Positions 39,399-47,811 of a DNA stretch of 47,811 bases are shown in pieces. Numbering within the stretch: the first letter of the stretch is position 1; each line of letters opens with the position of its first letter. The DNA comes from Azolla caroliniana (Eukaryota > Plantae > Polypodiophyta). The notes under the pieces are model-generated. The model had not been told where the DNA came from. It made no database searches and worked only from the letters and a program-made list of their open reading frames with translations. The DNA lies in assembly GCA_043228905.1 (NCBI GenBank), contig JBHGNT010000230.1:1-47811 (forward strand), given 5' to 3'. Both the position numbers and the translations under genes were made by a program.

Positions 39399-40027
39399 TT
39401 TTTTTTTTTCCAAAAAAACACTACTTCGCATTAGTTAGCAAACAAAATTACATCATAGAACACCCAAAGTTCTTCTCACCAGCCCTCACTCTGGCCTTCC
39501 CACCAAAGTGGACATAGTCCCCACCTCATTTTCAACAAACGTATCCAAACAACTCCAATAACCTAATAATTTGTACCATATCTATACAGATTTACAGCAC
39601 CTAGACGCTGTTGGAAACCGGAAACAGCCATCGAGGTGCTTGGTAGTTCCATTGAGGCCCTGATGAGGATCTGCCCACCATAGGAGAATTACCCCATTTC
39701 AGCAAGAACTTTGATCGAGATCTTTCAGCTGCATCAGATTCCCCCTTGATTGAGTCGTATCGTCCCCGCAGCCAAGATACCAACTCAAACCAGATATTTA
39801 ATAATACCTCACCGCTAGGGATCTTTTGTTGTTGAAACACAAATTTACAACGGTTGGTCCAAATGTGCTAGACCGATAAACAAGACACCATCATCCATAT
39901 CTCTTCAAAAAATTCTGAGTTAGTGCCATGTCAAACTCCAGCCTGTTGAAACACCTTGCCATCTTGCACTATAAAACCATGTCCGTGGGGGTTTAACTGT
40001 TCAGCCCAGCCTTCCCCTGTTAACTTC
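39399..40027 (-). mobile_element. Heavily 5'-truncated L1-like LINE (~630 bp)
   Basis: ORF 39601-39840 ends PQWNYQAPRWLFP. Poly(T) at ~39397-39409. Perfect 17-bp TSD aggtattgggaactctt at 39382-39398 and 40028-40044. Confidence 0.9.
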
Positions 40028-40394
40028 AGGTATTGGGAACTCTTATATTAAACAAGTTAACACTATACATATTGTTTCAGTCTTTACTATATGTGCATAT
40101 GTATATTTTTAAAGCCCTTCTTAAGATTTAATTAGTTTCTTAATTAATAGTTAACACAACGGATTGTGAGTGAGTTTGTGAGGTTATGATCAACCAAATG
40201 CTCAAGACTTTTTGTCAACCATTGTCGCCCAATTCACTACCAATTTACTAATAGGGTATATGGTGGTTGAATCTCTTGGCGCACGACATCGCCATCGACA
40301 TGGAGGTAGAACTCCATGGTCAATAGACGTGTTGTCGGTGGTGTGCACCTTGAGAAAAAATACATGTTTAAGCGGATGTAGTGGATGCCTACAT

Positions 40395-40560
40395 AAATGT
40401 TGAGAGACAAGCTCAACATCGGCCGGATCAGTTGAGCAAGCCGAGGACCGGATCGGTTGGGACCGATCGGTTAGGCCGGATCGATCGGTACCAGTACGCA
40501 GACCGGTGCGTAGGAAGGCCGGATCGGTACAAAAACCGTGAGGCCATCGGAAAGATATTC
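40395..40560. repeat. GC-rich cluster of ccggatcgg/gaccg motifs, resembling the subterminal repeats of a DNA transposon end
   Basis: At least five ccggatc/ccgatcgg variants in 160 bp. No partner end found. Confidence 0.4.
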
Positions 40561-43483
40561 CGCAAGGAATATATTTGGGAGTTAGTGTAGGGGCTCCTTA
40601 ATGAGCATTGAAGTACTGTCAGTACTTCTGTCAGTCTGAAAAGGACTTGTATAAAAGTGTTCATTGAACACACACGATGTACAAATCGAGTATTATTTTT
40701 TAATTGAGTTCTCGTGTTTACTTTCTCTCTGTCTCTCCCGTGCGTACTGTGCAAACCTAAGCTTTCCATTAAACCTGCGTTTTCTGTTGTTCGGTTTCCT
40801 ATATTGCTTCCACACGCCATACTTTACAATAAACTTAACAAAAACTAGCAACCTACATTGCATTGTACATGCCAATAAAATTGAAATATACCACTTTGCC
40901 AATGGTTTGATACTTTTGAGGTAATTAGAAATTCCCATGGTATGCCACCGACAAGTAGGCTCCAATAAATTACAATTAGATCAAATTTTGTAACCAATTA
41001 TGCTTGAGAACTAAGTCCTCACAAAAACCATTAAAGCTTACAAAATATAATATCTATATGATTTCCAATTCTGATTGTTTGTGATTTGCACACGATGTTT
41101 GCACTGATTATTGTTGGTTGAAGGAAAGAAAGTGTAATATAATGTGAGAATTGTTTGCAAGAACACAATTGTGGTCATTCATCCATCGTAAGTTAATGTC
41201 AACCAATGTTATATCTAGAAGAGTGTCCTTAACAACTATCCTTACCACACAAAACATGTTGCAGAGTGAATTCCTTATTAACATATTATTATGAAGATAT
41301 GCATGTAAAATCCTTGTAGATGTTGGTGTCTATATTGTCAAGTTGGTTAGTGATAGAGATATGAAGGAATGAATATATTTTGTTTTATGTTTAGTTCTTC
41401 CTAACATTTATACTTCCAACCCTTGTCAAATCACCTTGATCACCATCCCACCTAGCAACTTAAGATATTTGTCATTTCTTTATAATGGCCAATCAAATTT
41501 ATGCAAAGTTGTTTTTTCATTTCTTCTTGATGCACAAAATAACATCTCAAAAAAACATTGTCCAATTCTGAAAACTGTCGACACTAAGTTTCATTCCTCT
41601 AGGATTAATCATTGTATCCTATGCTCTTTTGTGGTTTGATTTATGTTCTAAATTTTAAAATGGCTTGTGTTTGAGACTCACAAACCATTACCAAATACTA
41701 TTCCGACCTCTACATGTTAATTTTGTACACCCAACGCCACTTGCTTCCAAAAGGAAGGAAGCTCTAGCTTATGGGGTTAACGGAGCAAAAAATTGAAAAT
41801 AGCTAATTGGATGCAAATCCAAAATGACCCAAAAACAAATGGATGTAGTCACCAATTTTTTGACGGTTGCAAGTGGAGATCCTTCTTTCAGCGTTTCCAA
41901 AAGATAGTCATGAATGTTTTTTCTCAAAAGGTAAGCATATGACATCGTGGAAGAAGCCAATCGAAAAAAACTAACAAATCATATAGTGAACATTTTTGGT
42001 TCTTGAGTTATTTATGCCATTTTCAATGGACTTGCCTTGCAAGGTAGTTGGCTACTTGCAACTTGTGCCCTTCATATATTCAACAACCACATGACAACAC
42101 CGTGAATGCTTTACGTGGAATTTGGAGGAAATGATTCCCAATGCTAAAGATGGGCCATTCATTTCATTTCTATTTAGGAATCACAAATAATGACTCGTGG
42201 TTCGAACAAGGACTAGTTGGAATTGTAGTTGGAAAATCTTACTTTTCTATATGAAAAAAAACAATGGGTCCAATAATAATATTGCAGTTTGTACGATTAA
42301 TAATTAGAAAGAAAGAGGGAGAAATCAATAAGAAAAGAGATGCATTGACCAAGCCAACTCAAATGATGGCAATAATGCACAAAGAGGTCCCCTAAGAGAG
42401 AGCCAAGAAAGAAATATCAAGAATTAACAAATTATATATGTCAATGGAAAGAAGGTATGACTCGGTAACAAAAAACATTAGAAATCACTAGATAACCCAT
42501 GAGATGTCTAAAACAAAAACAAATCGATAAATAGTCAAGAATTGTGGCATCTACACTCGACAAAGACAAACAAGTCAAGTATAGGGGGAAACTACCTCCT
42601 CAAACTAGCCCCCAAAAGGTTGTATTTATAAGGCTCACAATGGCCTTTTATTGTTTACGCTTTTAATTTTATATTTCAACCATTTGTTAGTGGGCAATTT
42701 GTGAGGTTTTATGCTCAACAAAGGAACCCCTTGATGTCTAAGAACTTAGAAGTCAACATTAGTGTTCAATAAGGCTTGCTCGAAACAAGAAAGGGGTGAT
42801 TCATGTGATATGTTGAAAGGACCATCTATTATATTGCAAGATATTTGCACCACAAATTTCTTCAGCATAACGTGTGATGCTCAATGCTTATAATGTATGT
42901 ATATTTATGTATTTATTTTTTTCTCAAAACTAGCAAGGAACAAATTATGTGATACTTTCCAAAACTAGGAAGGGGTGATTGGCTTGTGATACTTTCTCGA
43001 CAAGATGAACCTTTGTCTACTTGCAAGAGATTTTCATGAGAGAAGAACATGTTATGCTTGATGTTATTGGCATGTGTGTGAGAGAGAGAGAGAGGAAAAA
43101 AAGATACATTGGCTTCTTCCAAGAGGCCAAAATGGCCTATAAGACCAAACAAGAGATTATATTTTAAAGTGTTGTCTTGTCTTTGAGAGAGAGCATGAAA
43201 AGAAAACCCTTTTTGAAGATGGCATCTAGACTACCTAAATAAAGTCAACGAACAACTACCCCAAAGTGGACATTGCATCATCCTAGGCACTAATAGATTG
43301 GAGATGGACTATCTTATGAGCAATTTCTTACTCATGAGATAATTTGAAATCCTAATTCCTCATGTTATGCCAACAAGAAGCAAGTTCATTGTATCCCTCA
43401 AAGCATTTCTTCATTTGTATGGATATGTGTGATTGTTAGGTATGGCCACCTTTTAAAGACACGTCACACCATAGTGAGCCACA

Positions 43484-44067
43484 TCTTTTGAAAAAAGCAA
43501 AAGGTTGGAAACTAAGTTCTAAACTCTTTCTTTCTATTTGGTGTGTGTGTCTGTGTGTGTGGGTGGGTGCACGCGTGTACCTTCATTAATTGTTAATCCT
43601 TTTTGGTGAATTCTCACACTCACTTCACATTTGGGTGGACATGGTTTAGGTTCGGAATTTTTTTCAATGTGTATGCTTGTAGTATCACGAGTAGAATTTC
43701 ATAAGTGTGGTGGTGGACCGCGGTCCCAAGCACGATGTATGTGATGCCATGTTCTTTCGAAAAAAGCAAAAGGTTGGAAACTAAGTTCTAAACTCTTTCT
43801 TTCTGTTTGGGGTGTGTGTGTGTGTGCGCGCACGCGCGTGTGTATCTTCATTAATTGTTGTATATACTTTTTTGAAGTTTAATGAGAAGAATCCTTTTTC
43901 GTGAATTCTAAAAAGAGATTTCATTAATGCTTAGTCACAATCACTTCACATTTGGGTGTACATGGTTTAGGTCCGGAAATTTTTTCAATGTGTATGCTTG
44001 TAGTATCACGACTAGAATTTCGTAAGTGTGGTGGCGGTCCCAAGCACGATGTGTGTGATGCCATGTT
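43484..44067. repeat. Local tandem duplication (~270 bp and ~315 bp copies)
   Basis: gaaaaaagcaaaaggttggaaactaagttctaaactc...cccaagcacgatgt(a/g)tgtgatgccatgtt occurs at 43484-43752 and 43753-44067. Confidence 0.9.
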
Positions 44068-45449
44068 TGATCACATTCTTAACAAAGACATTGATTCCCC
44101 ATGCCTAAAGACAAAAAATATTGCTGATATGTGACATTGATTCCCCATGTCTCACATATCAAAACTTTAATGGATATATAGAAGAGAAATTTGTATTGAA
44201 ACATAGTGGAGCACATCTCTTAGCACATTTTACATAAGAAAGAAAGGAAGTCATAAGTATACTAAATCTGTGAGACATAAATCCATTAAATGATTGTGGC
44301 TGAAATCATATAATGTTATAGTAGAATTATGCAAGATGTACAATGAAGCTTCACAATATACTCATCCTCATAAGGAAATTCAAACTACGGAAAAGACAAA
44401 ACTGCGGCATGGTATATGAGTTGGGGAATCGCAATCGAACCAATCATGTCAAAGAGAAAGTTGTGTAAGAGTTTGTTAGGTATTCAAATTTCATTTTACA
44501 ATAAGAGTATATACGCTCCACTTCCATGCAAGAAGTCTTCCTTACTCCTTGATTTCTCAACAAATGAAGTTAAATCACAATGAGAAAACCATTGCTTTTA
44601 TAATCTGCAATAAATCCAAACCAGCATATACAAAATACATGTGCATAGATTCTTCCAACTACGAATATATAATACATAATACATTGTCAATGTATAGTGT
44701 ATGCTTCACAACTTTTCTCCTAAAGAAATTGTCAAGAGAGAAGTGATGATATATTTCAACTTCATTGGGAGCTCGAAAACATGACTTATCGGACCAAATA
44801 CTCAAGTTACCGAGAACTGATGATATTTAACTTCTTTGGGAGACTGAAACCATCACTTCCTAGTAGGTGTCCCATGGGTGCAACACCATCAATGTTCGCA
44901 ATTTGCTCTTTTACCTCTTTTTTTACCAACAAGAGAACAATAGAAGAGAGACATGAGAGAGATAGAAAGCCCTTTGTACTAACAAAAGAGAGTGGCACAA
45001 TGATCCCCAAGATTTTGAGGTAATAAAAGAGATTTACACCGCTTGGAACATTATGACAATTTCAAATCGTGAGGTAACTTCGTTCGCAAATCAGATGCAA
45101 TCCTGCTATTTGAACAATACATATCAACGTAAATGTCCATGAATCGAAATCTAATGTTGCATTTACTATACCAGCAAAACAAATGCAAATAACTTGAATA
45201 TCTCTGTCAATGTACATTTTATCAATTTCCTTCTCCTCAAACAATGGCATTACACATTCAGTTTCCAACACCAACTAAAGGCTGGAAAACAATAGCCTTG
45301 TTTGGGGCCAATGCTAAACTGCTTCTAGATAGACCTATAATCATATGTAGAAGTCAGCAACCCGAAAGAAAATATTTAAGGCAACTGCTACATCAATACA
45401 ACTCTCCCCAAATCATACAAAGAAAGCAATCAAAACAAAAACATGTAAA

Positions 45450-47315
45450 TTAGTTTGACATGCATAGGAAGATTTTGGCGAACGATGCCATGTGTTGGCG
45501 TTGGAGAGAGATGATGAGTCGGAAGCCACCCGCATTGGAGGCCAATGGTGACCTCATGACATAAGCGAGTCCTTCAAATCCGATGTGGGCAGGGCCCGCA
45601 TGGATAGGCTGCCCCCACCCGAAATCACACTCATAGATAGGCAATTGGGTCCAACTTGTGAACCCCACATTGGGTGATGCAAACGTGTGTGCCCCCTTGA
45701 TAAAGCGCTTCGTGTCGGGAACCTCTTCTAAAAAGTCCAAGGCCGAGCGGCAGTATGGGTCATCGAGTTTCCGTAGCGCCTGCCTGACCCGGCTGGCCGC
45801 CACCACAATGTCTTCCTTCACTACCTCGCCCGCATCTGCCACCATTACACTGGTAAAGATCACATTCCCAAAGTAGCCTTCTGGTAGTCCACGCATCCGC
45901 GACCGTCCATCCACGGCCACAATCATCTTGCTCTTCACCCCTTCCCCTAGTTTCCTCGCCTCACACACTGACCTCCACAAGTGTGCTGCCAGTAGCTCGT
46001 ACGACGTGTAGGGCTTGGTATCCCCTGTGCCCGCAGCCAGGTGTTCTTCCTGCATCTGCTTCAGCTTTTGCACAAGCTCTTTTGGGATCTCAAACATCTC
46101 CACTATGCTCTCGTCGGCATTGGCTTTTGCTGTACTCACTTTTCCAGCATTGACCACATGGTTGTTGCTGTGGTGCCCATTTGACTCTTCATCCTCTTCT
46201 TCCTCAGATCCATTGCTACTAGAATTTATCGTATGATCATTGTCATTATCATGGTCTGCATCCAAAGGAGGTTCATGTTGCAGCCCATTCGCCACCTGAT
46301 TATGTGTAGAAGAACCATTTGTGATGGTCACTTCACCATTAGATTTATGCCCATTCGACACATCATGTTCGGTGCTTGAGTCATCAAAGGCATTGAGGGA
46401 ATGCTTCCGTTTACCCATGCTAGAGGGGGGGGTATATGGGGCTGCTGCACCCACTTTCTCAGCATTATAGTTGGGGGGTAATGGCAAAGAGAGGTATTCT
46501 TCATGAGAAAATTCCGGGGTTGGAGGGGTTCTCGCCTGGAGGCACTTGCGATCGAAGTAAACCTTGTCATTGAAAGGGACACCTCTGGATATGTCGGCCC
46601 AAGTGTTGAGAAATTTAACGGCTGATTTTCCATCGGCCACATGATGCTCGATGCCAGTTCCAACAGAAATACCGCCGCATTTGAATTTGGTGACCTAAAA
46701 AGGAACAAAAAGGAAAAAGGAGAACATGTCACATAGGAGCGGACGTAAAGAAAAAAGGCCTACCTTGAGGCGTCCTCTAAATCTAGAGTACACACCTCAA
46801 TATCTAGCTAAAGAAGGGACACCCACATGAGGGAGGGGAAAGAGTTTAGTACAGATCTGTATAGCTCAGCTGAATTGGTTGGTTCCTACCTGTATGACCA
46901 CCAGGGGCTGCGTGGCGAGATCGGCAGTGGAATCGAGCGTGGGGACAAGGTCCAGAAGATTCGGGTTGGGTGTGAAACCACCAGGCAGTGCGTTCATTTC
47001 GCAAGAGCAGTGTGCCTCAACGAACAAGACACCTGCGTCGTTACAATCGATCTGGAGGCGGCCGGAAGGGTCATGGGAGAGGCGGCCGGCCATGGGCCAG
47101 AAGTGGGAAAGCGCGGTGCCCAATGCCTGCTTCAGACGAGAGATCTCGTGATGATGATCAGAGGCAAGCAGGGGATGCTTCTTGTCGAAGAAATAGACGG
47201 TCTTGATGTAGGCGTTGAGGATGACGAGGTCCAAATTGGAGGTCCACAGGGATGAGGGGTGGGGGATGGGATTCAGGGGGACAACCATCTCTGAATTCAC
47301 CACTTCTACATCCAT
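45450..47315 (-). CDS. HCT: BAHD acyltransferase, hydroxycinnamoyl-CoA shikimate/quinate transferase (HCT)-like, 2 exons (47315-46890, 46694-45450), about 556 aa
   Basis: Phase-0 intron at the conserved Q|VT position (PLVVIQ|VTKFKCGG). Catalytic HHVAD, DGRSR, GYFGNVIF, SALDFLE, GAHTF, TSW and DFGWG motifs. Confidence 0.9.
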
Positions 47316-47330
47316 CGCTCTTCTCTGTTT

Positions 47331-47376
47331 TCTTCTTCTTCTTCTTCTTCTTCTTCTTCTTCTTCTTCTTCTTCTT
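47331..47376. repeat. (GAA)15 microsatellite just upstream of the HCT-like start codon
   Basis: (ctt)n on the + strand ending ~15 nt from the ATG. Confidence 0.9.
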
Positions 47377-47811
47377 CCTCCTCTTAACTATGACAAGTAT
47401 GGCCACTGCTACTGCTACTGCTTCCTCTACCCCTCTCTCTGGGATCTGTATTTAGGTTTGCTTCGCTAAGTTTTGGTGGATTTTGTGGGCACCGACGTCT
47501 GAAGAAGAAGAAGAACGTCTATCTTTCTCTCTCTCTCTCTCTGTCTGTCTGTCTTTATTTCGTCTACTATTTATAGATATCTAATAAAAGTAGGGAGGGG
47601 AGGGCAGAAATAGTAGAAGAAGAGTGGGCTTCCTCCCTCCCTCCCTCTTCTTGTCTTTGCCTGCTTGCTTCTCTTTCTCTTTTTGAAACCCTCCTTCTTC
47701 TTCTCTCTCCACGTCTCTCTCTCTTTCTCTCTCTCTTTCCTTCTCTTATGTGTGTGTCTGGGCCTCTGACTATCATTTTTATTTGTGGCACATGTCCCCC
47801 GTGCCTCCCTT

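Noticed and set aside
47158-47791. Poly-K, poly-F and poly-L ORFs
   Set aside because: Translations of (CTT)n and (CT)n microsatellites in the HCT 5' region.

Overview
AT-rich eukaryotic (land-plant) nuclear DNA with spliced genes; the style of the PLS-PPR gene suggests a fern (inference). Five host genes: the 3' end of a bifunctional 3-dehydroquinate dehydratase/shikimate dehydrogenase (DHQD-SDH, 1-439); a complete 10-exon tandem paralogue (8032-12534) with no transit peptide and quinate-dehydrogenase-like substitutions; a PLS-E PPR gene with an uninterrupted CDS (14313-16871, -); an alpha-expansin (26273-27232); and an HCT-like BAHD acyltransferase with a ~100-aa low-complexity insertion (45450-47315, -). 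Between them are three 5'-truncated L1-like LINEs with poly(A) tails and TSDs, a degenerate Ty1/copia element with discordant LTRs, a non-autonomous hAT element with perfect TIRs and an 8-bp TSD, MITE-like foldbacks and tandem repeats. The lead hypothesis is a loose shikimate/quinate-ester (caffeoylshikimate or chlorogenic-acid type) gene neighbourhood of SDH, a putative cytosolic QDH and a divergent HCT. All coordinates and family comparisons were made by eye or from memory; no searches were run.
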